61,178 nt of DNA, taken from Clostridia bacterium (lineage in GTDB: Bacteria; Bacillota; Clostridia; Christensenellales; DTU072). Location: positions 1-61,178 of the forward strand of contig JAFVAC010000045.1 in the NCBI GenBank assembly GCA_017476265.1, read 5' to 3'. Below are positions 37,501-52,500 of the stretch, piece after piece (positions within the stretch are counted from its first letter, which is position 1; each line of letters starts with the position of its first letter). The notes below the pieces were generated by a model, which was given only the letters and a program-made list of their open reading frames with translations, did no database searches and was not told the DNA's origin. The position numbers and the translations under genes are program-made.

Positions 37501-40500
37501 GACGAAGAGGAACAGCGCACGATCATCCGCGACGAATCCGGCAACGTGGTCGATTGGACGGTCAATTTCGACAACGTGACCGACGCGCTCAAGGACAGCG
37601 AATACATTTCGGCGCACCTCGCCATCGTCGATACGGCGGGACAGGAGAAAGAAGCGTTCTTTATCGACCTCGTTCTGATCGACACGCTCAGCGTCAAGAA
37701 AGGGAGCGAGTTGACCTTCATCGGAGGACACAGCTCCAGTAGTTATACCGAGATCCACGACTGGGTCAAAGAAGCGGTCATCTCGGTCAACGTCGAGCTT
37801 GAGCTCTTCATTTCGGCGGACGAAGAGGAATATTTGCCCGAAAAACTGAACTCGGAATTGAGCGGGCTGTTCGACTCCCTCCTCGGGACCGATTTGACGC
37901 ACTCGTCCGACTATCTCGAGAGGCTCTTTCAGACGCTTGCGGTACGGTTCAATAACGGCTACTATGTGGAGAACGGTCTCCATCTCGGTATCGCCGTCAA
38001 AGGCAATATCCACGTCAACGAGATCTTCGCCAGCAACCTCGCCGTCGTCATCTACGACAAAAACAGCACCGACACCACCGGTTATGAGGCGTCCGACGGG
38101 ACCTATTCCGTCGTCGTCGGTCTGTACGTGCAGGACGGCAAGGGCTACATCGATCTGTCCTATCTCGGGATCGACCCGATCCTGATAAGCGACCTTGAGG
38201 GTACCTACATCGGCGCCATCTCCCTGTTGTGGAACAACCTCTACAACAAGACCACCGACAGCTCGATCGACACGCCGGAGACTTACGCCAACAACACCTT
38301 CCGCGATAGGATCGAAGACGCTCTGTATCAGTACTTTATGAGCAACTTTATGAGCAACGTCTACTCCGACTACTATATGGCGTACCCGACCGATCGCTAT
38401 AAGTACGTCCTCCAAAGCGACGGATATATCTATATTTATGCGCGCTATGCCGGAGGCGCTCCGAGCGACTTCACCAACGCTTTCGAGTTCACGACGGAGT
38501 CGAACGTATTGACGCTGATTTATCCCGGCGCCACCGCTTACGAGGCGGTAGACGGCGTCATCAACATCTTCGGCGTCAATGGCGTGCGCCTGTTGCAGAT
38601 CTTCCCGGTCAGCAACTCTTCGGGCGTCGTCAGGATCTCGGCGTCCACTCGCTACGAGTCCAAGCGCGATCTGATGGACTTCGTGATGAAAGAGACAGTC
38701 CTTAAGTACTTCGGCGAGAACTTCTATGCGCAGATGGGCTACAGGAACTTCTACAATCTGAACGACTTCAAGTACCTGCTGCAAGACGACGGATACATCT
38801 ATCTGTATATTTCCAAGTCCTTCTACGACGTCTTCGACGGAGAGGATTGGTCCAACGACATCTACCTCAAAAAAGCGGGTCAGACCTACGTCGTCGACGA
38901 CAACGCGGTCATCACGGTCTACTCCTCCGACGGCGTGATGGTCACGGCGTTGGAGCCCTACTACGACGGCGGCGTGCCGCTCCGTATCAGCGTGTCCGAG
39001 TTGGAAGAAAGAGCGAGAGAAGAGGCGAAAGAACTCGCCGTGCTGGAAGGCAACGATCCGCCTAAGGAGATCGACTTTGCCGCTTATCTTGCCAGCGAGG
39101 CTTACTCCGCCTACAGCAAATATGAGACGGCTTACGACGCCATCTGGAACGCGACGAAAGCAAAAGACGGACTGAGCGGATCGGTGTCCTTACTGATGGA
39201 CGAAGAGAAAAAACTCACCGTCAAAGAGATCAAAAAGTACATCCGTATGGTCCTCATCGCCAACAACATGGCGACGGTCCAGGCCCGTACGCAGAACACC
39301 CTTGTCGAATATCTCCGCACCGACGAAAACTACACCACGAAATTCGCCAATATGGGGCTTGCCGCGATCCAGGCGAGCTCTGAGTACAGGACTCTGTATC
39401 CGAGCTTTGAGGAGAGCACCATCAATGAGATCGTGGAGGAGAGATACGCCTCCCGCAAGGTCAAGGACAGCGAGCTCAATGCCGTGACCTACTTCCGCAT
39501 GAGGCAAAACGCCGCCTTCCGCGCGGAGATGGTGGATCCCAATGCGACCGAGCCCTCTTCCGCGCCCGTCGTCATCAGCGACGCGGAGTCCCTGCGTTTG
39601 GCTCTGGCGCCCACGTTGCTCGCCGAAAATCTCGAGTACAAAAACCTCGAGATCGACCATCCCTCCATGGCGATCGCCAATCCGACCGAAGTCAGCCTGC
39701 AGATCCTCTACAACAAGAGCGTCGTCACGTTGGAACTCTCCAACGTAGCCATCCGCGCCATTCTGAACCTGATCGGATTCGGGGTGGTGGATCAATATAT
39801 CACCATCAACGACATCAACCTCGGCTTAGACTTCTCCGACGGTATCAGTCTGGAAGTCGCCGTCGCTTTCGAGAACGTGTACAGCCTCGGGCTGAAGCTC
39901 AATACGCTCCGCGCCAGCTTGGATCCGTCCAGACAAGAGGACTACTACGCCAAGATCAACTTGCAGAACTATACCGACAAGTCCACGACGGACGGCGTGC
40001 CTGACGCCGTGCACGTCGGTGTGACCGGAAGTTTGTTTATTCAGAACCACTCCACCGAGGGGACCCCGGACAATCGTCCCGTGTTCCGTTCCAATGACTA
40101 CGACCTGACGCAAGCGTTGAGTCTGGCGTTGAGCTACTCCGAGTTCCGCGTGTCCGATCTGGACGCCATCTTTGCGGAAGTCAAGGCGGACAATGCCGAC
40201 GTCACGATGACCGACGACGCTCTCAAAGTCGCCTCCTGGAACCGCTTGTATAACAGCGAGTTGACCGAAGAACAGCGCGCGGAGATGGACCGCACCTATC
40301 AGTGGGCGATCCGCGACATCAACGAGTATCAGAAGTCGGAAGCCGGCGCCGAAAAGTTCAAGGACGTCGCCACCGACGCATGGGCGGACGCCGTCGAGGG
40401 AGACGACACCCACTATGCGTACGCTTGGGACGTCTTGAAAAAGTACGCCGTAGTCGTCGACTTGGAGGAGATGGGCGTCAATATCATTCTGCAATTCTTG

Positions 40501-43500
40501 GGAGAGATGGACGACAGCGTCACCTTCGACGTCGAACTGTGGCTCAACTTCGCCAAGTATCGCCGCAGTATCCTCAAGATACAACTGACCCGATACCTCG
40601 CCGCCGAGGGAGAGGCCGAACAGGTGATGACCCTCATCTACAACGGCGAGACCGCCTCCGAAGACACCAGCGCCTTCACCGGTGACGTCCTTGTGTCCAC
40701 GAGCGTCTTCAATATCGGCAACGTCATTTTGCACAACGTGACCGGCATCATCACCGGCGTCACTGAGATCTTCAATAACGAGTTCTTTAACGCCGTCGGC
40801 AACGCTTTGGATAAGTTCCTCGGGCTGAATGAAGAGACCGAGGAGACCGCTTCCAACGCCGACTTCGACGGAGCGGTCGCCCGCACGACGGCTTTGCGCA
40901 ACGCCGCCTCCAACGCCGACATGGACGTCAAGACCTATGTCGACATCCTCTTCAAGGACGGCAGCATCGGCGTCGCTTTGGCAAAAGCCGCTCTGATCTC
41001 CGCGATCGGACTGACCGGAGTCGATCTGACCGAAGCACTGTCCGCAATAGACCTCGGCGTACAACTGGGACTCGGATTCAAGACCGACGTCAGCGTCACC
41101 GCTTCCGTCTATGTGGATCATGAAGGAAACATTGTCGAAGAGGACGAACACGCTACGCGCTTCGGACTCAGGATCGGCAATATAGAAGCCGACTTCGACA
41201 GCGACATCGTCACCGACGAGGACCTCGACAAGGACTACGTCGAAGTGGAAAGACTGGAGTCCGTGGGCGTGTCCTGGGGCGGCAGAGCGACCTTCGAGAT
41301 GACCGACGTGACCAGGAACTACAACTTCGACTATGCGGTCAAGATGTTCACCAACTATTGGTTGGACGGCAGAGACCCGGAGATCGGCTTGCAGGTGGAT
41401 ATCGCCGACGGCGAAGTCTTCCGTCAAGCGACCTACTTCTCCGTCGCCGCCAACGTCAATCTGACCACTTTGAAGAACTTGCAGAACGTAGAACTCTACG
41501 TCAACTTCACTTCGGAAAAGAACTATAAGATCTACGAAGATCTGACCGCTCGTCGCCGGCAGATGCAGAAGATCCTCAGCGACAACGGCAAGAGCAAAGT
41601 CCGCGCTTGGGACGTGTTGAAGAGTCGGCTCGCCGACGCGCCCAACGTCAATTCTCCCTACGCCGACGATTTTGACCGTGCGATCATCGACGACTATCTG
41701 TGCTTCCGCAGGATGCAGGACATCGAAAACGAGATGCTCGCCGACGGTACCTACTTCACCGAAGAAGAGCGTATGATCGCTTGCTGGGACAAACTCTACG
41801 GACAAGCCGGCGATTACTATTTGGGCAACGCTATATCAATATATATAGTGATCGACGCGGAGGGCGTCGCCGACGTCTACGTCAATCTCGGCTTCCTCGG
41901 CGTGGAAAAGATCCGTCTGCACGACGTGAGCGCCATCATTCAAGCGCTTGCAAAAGAGTTCGGCGTGGACGTGGCGAAATTGCTCAACCGTACCTCGACG
42001 GAGAGCTCTTCCGGGACCGCCGGACAAACGAGCAACGCTGCCCTCGCGCTGAATGCAGCCGTGGCGGGAGCCATCGCTAAAGACGTCTTAGTGAGCGTCT
42101 CCACCAAGGCGGACGGCAGCTTTTTGGCGGCACGCCTTGCCGGCGGAGCCATCTTTGCGCTCGTAGCCGCATTCGGCGTGGATATCGAGAGATATTTCGG
42201 TCAGTACACCCCCAACGTGTACGTCAGCGCTCTCGGCGAGGACCTCGCCGTCATCGATCTCGAGCTGACGGGATTGTTCGATCTGTCCATCGGCGTCGAG
42301 TATCCCAAACTGTCCGTCGCCGACAAGATGGAGTATGCGATCAACAAGTCGGAATATACCGTCATCGACAGCAGTTGGGGCACCGACATCAAGCTGTTTA
42401 TGGACGGCGAATTGAATTTGGGTATGACCGGTGAGGACGAGAGAGAGTCCGCCGAGGACATCACCAGCCTCAACTTCGGAGACCTCCTCCGCGGTATTTT
42501 GGGCAACGACGACTTCGCCGTGGACATTATCCTCGAAGCGTTGCAGAGCGTGGGTGCCGATCTGTCCTTCTATCTGGAAGTCAAAGCCAACATCATTCAG
42601 TTGTATCAGGTCATCACTTCGCTTACCGGCGCGCAAGCGGAAGAGGGCGAAGAGGAAGAGGGCGAAGAGGAAGAGGGCGGTATCAACAAGATCTTGTCCA
42701 TTCTCAGCGCCTCCGGCGTGGAGTTGTACGCCGAGATCGTCAACCGCACCCCGACGGAGGACGGTCTTATCAAAGAAGACCTCATCCTCGGCGTTTATCT
42801 TGTGAAAGAACTCGCCCCCAACGGTATAGACGAGTATCTGTCCCTGTACGTCGATATGACAGCCTTCCACGTCGGCAGGATCAAAGTGGCGGACTTCCAG
42901 TCCACCGCTGCGGCTCTGCTTGACCGAGTATCCGCCATCTTCGGCGGAGAAGGGGAAGGCGACGAGCAAAACGCCGCCGTCACCGCCGAAGGCTTCCTTG
43001 CCGAAGACGCCAAGAAGATGGAGTTCCTCCAATACGTCGCCTATACGAGAATGAAGGCGTCGGAGACCTACGGCACCATCGACTACAACGAGTATTTCTT
43101 GAAGGAAGAGACCGGCAAAAACGCCGACGGAGACGGTGAGATCGAACCTCTTGCCGACTTCATCCACGGCGTCGTCGGCAATACGTACGGCGTGACCATC
43201 ACCGCCACCGCCAACGTCCTCATCAAACTCCTGAACGAGGCGTACAACGACGACAAGTCCCGCTCCATGAGAGCCTTTGCCAACTACGTCGGGGATCTGT
43301 ACAAGACCGAGCGTACCGAAAAGCGCACCGTCATCAGGAACATTCGTACCCGCATGGAAGAGTATCTGCAAGATACCGCCACGGTGGACTATCCGGACGG
43401 TATCAAATACCTCGCGTGGGACGGCTTGATGGAGAGCGAGACGGCGATCGACGCGGCGCACTATACCATCGCGCACAACATCTATCTCGACCTCGCCGAA

Positions 43501-46500
43501 AAGAATCAGACCCTCAGCGGAAACGAGATAAAAGTCCTCGCGTGGGACGCTTTCGCCGATTCCCTCGTCAAAGAGGACGAAGTGTTGGAGACCGAGTACA
43601 ACGACTCCAACGCGATCGCCGAGTTGGTCAGATCGACGGCGAACGAGTACACCTCTTACTACATTCAAGGGTTGGCTCTCGACCGCTACAACGCGAGCAT
43701 GGAGACCAAACTTAACGCTTTGGACGCGGCGTATGCGCAAGCGGTGCAGACCGTAGAGGCTATGACCAACATCAGCGCGAGCGAACGCGACGTCTACGTC
43801 GCCAACTTCTCGTACGAGTACTTCACCAAGCGTTATACCTGGTCCAAAGAAGACACCGACTCTTACGGGCAGATCTATACGAAGTATTGGACCTCCGAGG
43901 AAGCGCAATTCGGCGGCAATATCGAGAGCAAGCGCAGACAGGCGTCCGCCAACGCGTGGGACGAGATTCGTCTCAACATCCGCTCGACTTACGCCAATCT
44001 TATCAGCGTCCTTGCGGAGACCAACGGCATCGCCAAGGACACTTACGGATTGGACGTGGACGTCTTTGATATCGCAAGCGGCAGATACGACGACTACAAC
44101 GAGACCGTCACTTACGTCTTTAAGGCGTACGCTTGGAGAAAACTGATCCAATCGCAGGGTATTGGCGAAGGGCTTGCCGCGCAGTACGAAAAGGCGAGCT
44201 TAGACAACTACGTCGCGCCGCGCCGCGGGACCATCGGAGAAAACGAGTACCGCTTTGCCGCGTGGAAGTTCATGCAAGAGGACGCCGACCGCGCCTTGAC
44301 GGGCGCAGCCAACACCCACTTCATCCTCCGCAGCCGTATGGACGGAGATGTGGAAGTCTGGGACAAAGTAGAGATCGACGAGACTTACAAAGACGCCTTT
44401 ACGACGTACTTTGAGGCGTCTGTCGCCCGCGTGCCGGAGCTGTTTATCGAGACGGTCCACGGCGTGGGCATTCTGACCATCGGCATTTTGCACGAAGGCG
44501 CCGTCATCGGTGCGGACGCGCAGGTCGCCAACGCGTATATCGGGCTACGCTTCAACAAGGCGGGCGTGAAAGTGGAGCAGAACGAACTGGTCCACCACGA
44601 ACTGGTCAGACACACCGACGAAAACGGCAGAGAGTATCAGGTCGAAGAGGAGTTCGCGGTGACGTCGGACTACCTCGACGCAAGGGGATTCGATCTCCTT
44701 GACGCCAACTTCGGCTACGTCTACGCCAAGATGGACATCGACTTCGGTTGGGAACTGGACGAGGGCGCGGAGTACAACTTCGCCACGCTGGTCGCCACCT
44801 TACTGACTCTGGTCGGACAGGTGAACGTCGGCGACGGCAATCCGCCGCTTGTCTCCATCAACGAGCGCGGACTCTACCTCAACGGGCAAAAACTGGACAT
44901 TGCGCCTACGCTCTCCATCCTCGACCGCATCGCGGACGATTTCCGCCTGTCGCTTGAAGCGAGAGTGAACCTCTTCTCGCTCTTTGAGAAAGGTCCGTCG
45001 AATGAGAGTTCCATGGACAAGATCAGCCGGATCCTCGCCACCACCGATATCAGCATGACGCTGTACGCCTTGGACGAAACCGGCGCGATCAAAGAGATCG
45101 TACTGCAACTGGTCCTGGGGAGGACGAAGGACGAAAACAACGAGGACACCAGCTTCGTGTACGTTGACGCGCACCGCTTCAGCATACAAAAACTGTACAT
45201 CAAGGACGCCATCGACTACGTCAAGAGCCTGCTCAACAACAGCAACGCGCAGAACGTCTATCCGACCGGGTACGACGTACAGAACGGCGACTCCATCGCA
45301 AAGACTCTGGTCGCTATGATGGCGTACGACGTCCTCAAAGACAACGGCGGCGAGGACGGGACGATCTTCGACTTCTTCGCCGAAAACGCTCCCGCCGGCA
45401 CGGTCAATCCTTCGATCGACATCGAACTGTCCAAGAACGGTCTCGCCGTGCAGATCGCCAGCAACGCCATCTACACGCTGCTCACCTTCCTCGGTATGGG
45501 CAACGTGGGCAGCACCATCAGCGCGGTGGGCGATCCGTCGATCGAACTGGACATCTTCAGCGCGCCCGTCATCGGGACCGACGACGCCGGCAGACCCATT
45601 TACGGAGATATCGACGGGGACAACGACCGCGACCTGATCGGAATACAGCTCAACTTCGACAGTATCAATGAGAACGGCGTGTCCACCGGACGCGGCGTGT
45701 CCGTGGAGCTGTCGCTCTACAACGTGGAAGTCTCCTTGGCGCAAGACAGGTACATCAGCTTCAATGAAGAGACTTCGCTCAATCGCAAAGAGAACGGCGA
45801 TCCCGAAGACTTCGCCGAGATCGACGGCAAACTGCCCCCGATCGTATTGAGCACGACCTTGTATCTCGAGATAGAAGAGGGCGTCTCCACCGCCAATCTG
45901 TATCAAGACCCGATCAAGAGCATCATGAACGAGAAGCTCGCCGGGCTGGTCCTGGATCTGGCACTCCGTATCGCCGACGGCAAAAAGATCACCGTCGCCA
46001 TCGACGTCCTTGCCAACCTCAGCGTCGGCAACGGGGAAGACACCGACTATATCAAGCACCTTAAGGAGAGTTCGGTCATCCGTATCGCCCTCCGCGTCTT
46101 CCGCGTCGCCAACGAAGTCAACGACGACAAGAACAAGGAGTGGGCGGTACTGACCTACTTCAACGGCAACCTCTACGTCGATCTGACCAACCTGAACTCC
46201 AACTGCATTGTGGTGGAGAACGTGGCGAGTATGCTGTTCGGCAATGACGCCGACGCCGCAAACGCGCCGCTTATTGCCGCCATCGACGACTTGCGTAACG
46301 CCGTCTCCGCGGGAGCAACGGTGGGGATCAACGCTGAGATCAACAAAAACGGCATCTTCCTGATCGTCAAACGCGCGGCGATAGCAAGTCTTTTGAAGAT
46401 CTTCGGATTCGGCGGGTTCGATATCTACACCGACGCCGCTTTGCAGGTGTACATTAAGTCCATCGAGACCAATCCCGTCACCGGCGGGGAGAACCCGGAT

Positions 46501-49500
46501 CCCGAGTACAGTATCGCGCTCGGTATTCAGATCGCTATGGGCGACTCTTTACGCACCGGCAACGTGGAAATGAAACCCATGTTGGGTGTGTCCGTGTCCC
46601 TCTACGGGCTGACGGTGGGCTTCACGTCGGTGGCTATCGAAGTGGAGAACATCGAAAAGTACATACCGTTCGAGCGTATAGATACCATCTATCTGTCCAC
46701 GCAGATCATTCTGCAAATCGCCGACAGACGCGGTATTTACGACATAGCGAGACTGCTTGCCGTCCTGAAGGAGAAGAAGTACTTCGACATCAACGAGCTC
46801 CTCGGCATCGAGACGATCGTCGAGCCCATCATTGAGCTCGTCAAGTCCATCAACTCCGAGATCGTCATCAACGTGGACGTCACGTTGGGGCTGACCGCCA
46901 TTCTCGACGGTATGAGGAGAAAGGAAGAGGCTACGACGGAAGAGGAGAAGGCGGCTATCGACGCCGAAGTCACCAACGAAGTCATCAAGTCCGTCCAGGC
47001 GCGTCTTGGGCTTGCCGTCAGACAGTCCGACGGCTCCATCGGTCCCGATGTAGTCAGTATCACCTACATCCGCGGCGATATCTACATCGACGCCGAAGGG
47101 TTGACTTCCGAAGACGGCAGATTCTCTTTAGGCAGAGTTCGTATAAAAGACGTTTTTGATCTGGTGAGCGCACTGACCGGGAGCGGCGCGAGCAACGCGT
47201 CCAAAGAGATTTATGCCTCCTTCAGCGAGTACGAACAGACCATGATCAAGCCGATCGCGTCCTTTGCCGACGTCACCGACAAAGCCGCCGGCACGATCAA
47301 CATCCTGACCGACATCAACAACGGTCTCTCCGTCGAACTGGTCAAAGGCGCCATCTTCGGTCTCGTCAAGTACTTTGTCAAGGGCGACAAGGACGAGGAT
47401 GATCTGGACGAAAACACGCAAAAGACCTACGGCATCATCACCGACGTGGAGACGATGGTCACCAGCACCATTGACCCCGGCATCGGCTTGAATATCACGC
47501 CGTCCATTACGCTCCTTTTGACGATCGACCTGCCCAGCACGGTCTACAACAGCGAGGACGAGGACGCGCTCGAACTCATCGCGGCGCTCGACGCCTCGGC
47601 GAGCAAGTGGTACAGCGCCAACGAGATCACCTATATGGTCTATCCGGACGAGTTGTGGAACACTCTCCTGTCCGGCAGTGCTCTGTACGACGCCTATTAC
47701 ATCAACAGCACCGAAAAGGTGAACAAGGCTATGGCGTGGGTCGCCGCCGGCAAGCAGAACGCCGATACGGCTTACGCGAAGTTGCGTTCGCTCTATCCCG
47801 ACTGCACCGACAGACAGCTGTACGTTATGCTCTACGACTATATGATCGTCGAGATCTACGGCAACGCGTCTCTGTCCACCGTCTACGGCTACGACTTCTC
47901 GTCGGACGACGCAACCTTCGGGACGAGCGAACGTTCGGTCAAGTTGGAGTCCTTCTATAACGACACCCTGAAGACCAACGCTTGGGACGCCTACAAGCAG
48001 TCCTTCCTCGACGACGGGGACGTTCAGTCCGCGGCGGAGATGGACGTCTATCTGGCGCAGGCGTCCGGTAACAAGGTCGCCGCCTTTGACGAGTACACCG
48101 CGGGCACCGGCGACAAGCCCGCCGCGCTGAACAAGTTGTATGAAGAAGACGTCCACAAGGAAGTCATCGACAACCTGCGCAACAATCCCGGTCTGACCGA
48201 CGTCGCGCGCTATCGCATCCTTATACAAGGGCTCATGCGGAGCGTCTTCGCCGCGGAGGACAGCTGGGTAGCCTATCTGTCCGGCAAGACGTACGTCACG
48301 TCCGACGGCACCGTCATTCGACTGTCGAGATACGACGAACTGTATACGCAACAGAAAGCCAACGCTTTCCTCGCCTACAACGAGATCGCCGACTATTACG
48401 AACGGGCGATGATGATCAACGCGTTCAACTACGCTATGGGTCGTTATGAAGGCACCTATGAAGAGCTCCTTGCGCACGCTTTCGACAAATTCGTAAACGA
48501 TCTCAAGTCCGGCGTCACCGGATATCCCGACGCCCTTGTCGAGGACGACGCACGCGTGCTGAAGTTCTTGCTCTGGAACGGGATGAACCTGTACGCCTAC
48601 TACGACAACTTTGACGATATGGCGACGGAACTCGGCATCACCGAGGACGACATCTACCGCGTCTTTGAGGCGGGCAGATTGATGACCTCCGTCTACGAAG
48701 GGATCCAGGAGTATTCGCTGAAGCACAACGTCATTCTTAACGAGTACAGCGAGACCTCTCTCGCGTACGACCTGATCTTTGACGTGCAATCCGCGACCGA
48801 CCTCGCCGACGCCATCTACGTCGGAGACGCCGTCACCGTCGTGTCCGAGATCAGATCCGGCATCGTGGACCTCATTCTGGCGTCCGGCTACAACGCGCTC
48901 AAGCAAAAGTTGGCGTCTGTGGACAACGATGAGAACGTCTACTCCGACTATCAAAAGGCGATCGCTTTCACCAATCTGGTCGCCGCATACGAGGACATTC
49001 TGGTCGCTATGCGCGGCAATGATCGTATCTATCAGAGACTGCTCGCCGTCGAGAGCGGAGCCAGCCTGAAAGCCGACGCTTTCGACAATCTGCTTGACCT
49101 TGAGATCAAGTCCGTCCTGACCGGCATCGACCTATCTTCCGGCGAATCTACGAGCGGAGCCGTCCATTCCGGCTATGCGCAGTCGAGCGAAAACAACGGA
49201 TATGAAGTCAATCCGAAGGTCTACTTTGCCAATCATTACGGCATAGAGATTGAGGACGATCTTTTGACAATGTACCTCGTGTACGCGCAGTTGAAGCAGA
49301 ACTCTTCCGACAGATTCGCCGCGGCTGACGCTTACGTCGCCGACACCGCCAACATCGGCAATGCGACCACGATCTGCGCGACCTACGTCGAAGACTCCGC
49401 CGACTATCTGCCGACCTACTACCGCGGCGCCAGGGCGCTCGCGCGCTTCCTGTATACGACCGGGACCTCTTTGACCGACGAGGACGTCGCCGTCGTGAAA

Positions 49501-52500
49501 GCGTTCGCCGCAGGGAAGTACAGCGCTCTGACCAAAGAGGCGTACTATGCGTACTTTGCCACGTTCAAGGGCGTGGGCGAAGTCAACTTCGGACAGATCG
49601 GCACCGCGATCGAAAAAGTGCGCGAGATGTACGATATCCTCAGCGAGGAGCTTTCTCAAGCGGAAAAGAACGCGCTGTCCTCCGTCAATGAGATCTTGAA
49701 GAACATCATCACCGACGACAAGGTGACCGCGATCGGCACCGGCGAGCAGAGATCCAATCTTGCCGCCGCCCTCGGCGACGCCGTCCGCAACGGCAGCATC
49801 GAGAGTGTGTCCGAACTGTTGGTCTATCCCACGGCGTTGGCTTTTGGAGAATACTGCACGCGCCATCCCGCGTCCGCGATCGTGACGACGGCGATGGAAT
49901 ACGCCGGCTCCAATGCCGCCTTCACTTACGACGCTTACGTCAAGATGGCGGTCGCATACGGCTACGTCGGCAAGAACGGTACTTCCGCCGACCAAGAAGA
50001 ACTCAATACCTATCGTGAAGCGTTCGGCAAGAAAGATTTCTCCGCGCTTACTCCGGCGACCTTCCGGACCTATTTCGGCACTTTCGTCGGCAACGGGACC
50101 CGCGCAGAAGAGATCAAGGTGGAAGTCGCGCGCATTCTCGCATTGTATGATTCGATCGGATCGGTAGACGCCGTCAAAGCGTCCGCCTATACCACCCGCA
50201 GACGGATGCAGTCCACCGCCGAGTCCATCAACGAGATGGATAAGCTCCTCCGCGCCAAAGCCTTCGAGGTGCTGTTCACCGACATCGGAGAGGACATCAC
50301 AGGGCTCCTTGCCTCCAGTGTGAACTCTTCGGTCATCAGCGGTATGAACGTGATCACTTCGCTTGCGCGCAGTTACTCCGTCGACAATATGGACGTGTAT
50401 CTCGCCTTCCACGAGGCGTTCCGTACCGCCGCCGCGACGATGTTCGAGGAAATAAGAGACGACGCCGCCGCGTTGGAAGCGCTCCTGAACGACAACGCCG
50501 TCCGCTGGACCGAGTATCTGGAGTCCTTGATCTCCGACGTCAAAAAGGCGGAGGTGATGGAGAGAGTCTACGGTGCGGTCGAGGGAATGGACGCCGAGGA
50601 CAGAAAGGAATACTACGGCAAAGACTTCAACGAATGGGTGCTCAACTACTTCACCCTCCGCGACGCCATCGTCAACAACTATATCCAAAGCGTCTCCGAG
50701 TCTGTCGTCAACAACACCTCCGGCAACGAGGTCTTCCTGTATACGCAGGCGGTCCGCGACAACTTCAACGCCATCTTGACCTATTCTATAGATACTTACG
50801 ACGACGCGATCCTGACCAACACCTTCAGCCTGATGAAGAAGGAGGCGATCGACGACTTGATCGGCTATCGTGAGACCGTCATAGAGGAGGGCGAAGAGGT
50901 CGAAAAGGTCTACGGCTATATGGAAAATGCGGTCGCCGACCTCGACAAGGCGGAAAACACCTACTATTACGAATCCATCAACCGCAACAATGAGGCAGCC
51001 TGGGATCCCGCAGAAAACGACGGAGCGGACTATATCTGGAAGGACGTGGTCGCCGGCGTAGACTATACGCAATACTCGCAGGCAAACTTCTCCGACCGTC
51101 CCACCAAGGCGGAGGTGGAAGCGGTGGCGAGCGGCGATTACGCCGCGCTCAAAGCACTGGTCGATCGCGCCAAAGCGGTGACCCGCAGTGCGATCGAACA
51201 GAGAGTCGTCTACGAGATGGATACCGAAGAGATGACCGGCTCCGTCAACTATTCCGCGGAAGAAGTGATGACCAAACAGGAGGAAGAACTTGCCAATGCG
51301 GAGGCTTACTTCACCACTTGGGACAACAATTCCTTCCTTATAAAATACGTTGCGTACTCCGACTATACCGCCGGTAGCAACGCCTACTACGCCGCTTACG
51401 ATCGGATCCGCTTGCTGAACGCGCTTCGGGACGCTCTGTCCACCGGGCACGATTCCGAGTACGCCGCCTTCCGCAATGCGGCGGGTTATGCGTCCGATCT
51501 TATGAACGAGTGGCTGGACAAGTTGTCGCTCGGCGCGACCGACATCGCCGTGAGAGAAGCGTTCTACGATCTCTTTGCCGGATCGACGCCCTCCGACGCT
51601 ACCGTGGCGTCTTATGTCTCTACCGTCAAGACTGCCTATCAGACGGCGGCGCGCGCCGTCTTCGGCGACCTGTTTGCCGCGGGGTTGATCACGTCCGCCT
51701 TATACGGCAACGAGTACAGGGACTATATTGCCGCCTATGAGACGATGAAGAACAAGTCTTCCGGCAATGAAAACGCCGGAGCCCTCGTGAATACCACGAC
51801 GGCAAACGTCCTCGTGACCGGGTCTTATGCGGACAAAGCGGCTATTATCGAGTTGATTTACCGCGACTACACGGAGACCTTCTCCGACTTCGACGACTTG
51901 ATGGCGGACTATCACAAGAAGTCCGACGAGTACGCCGTCGCCTACTATGAAGAGTATCTGAAAGTTATGGCGGGGACCAACGACGTCAACCTCGTCGATC
52001 TGCGCACCTTGGCGGAGACGACTTTCGGGACCGTCTGGTCCGGCGTCTTTGACGATCTGAAAGCGCGCTACGAGACCTGGACGTCCGGCTCTTCGCGCGC
52101 GACGGATATGGCGGGACTCCTTTTGGAGATCGACTCCATGTACTCCGTGACCGTGCCCGAAAGAGACGACGCTTTCTTGAATTTTGCTCGCAGTCTCAAC
52201 AGTTCGGTCACCAACCTCGGCGGCTACAACAACCTGAGCGCCAACAACAAGTTGACGCTGATGGGTCAAGTGCTTCGCGCGCTCGCTACCGGAGAGGAGA
52301 CGGTAGGCGCAGCCTACACCGCCGCGAGCGACTTCTTGTCCGAGTATCTGACCTTCGTGTACGACAATCGTCTCAAGTACGGACTCCCGGAGAACGTGGC
52401 GATCAGCGTCGCGCAGAACTACTACGAGCCCTTCAAGACGTACGTTGGGTATCTGACCGAAGCGGTGGCGAGCGGCGAGGCTGCGACCTATCCGATGAGC

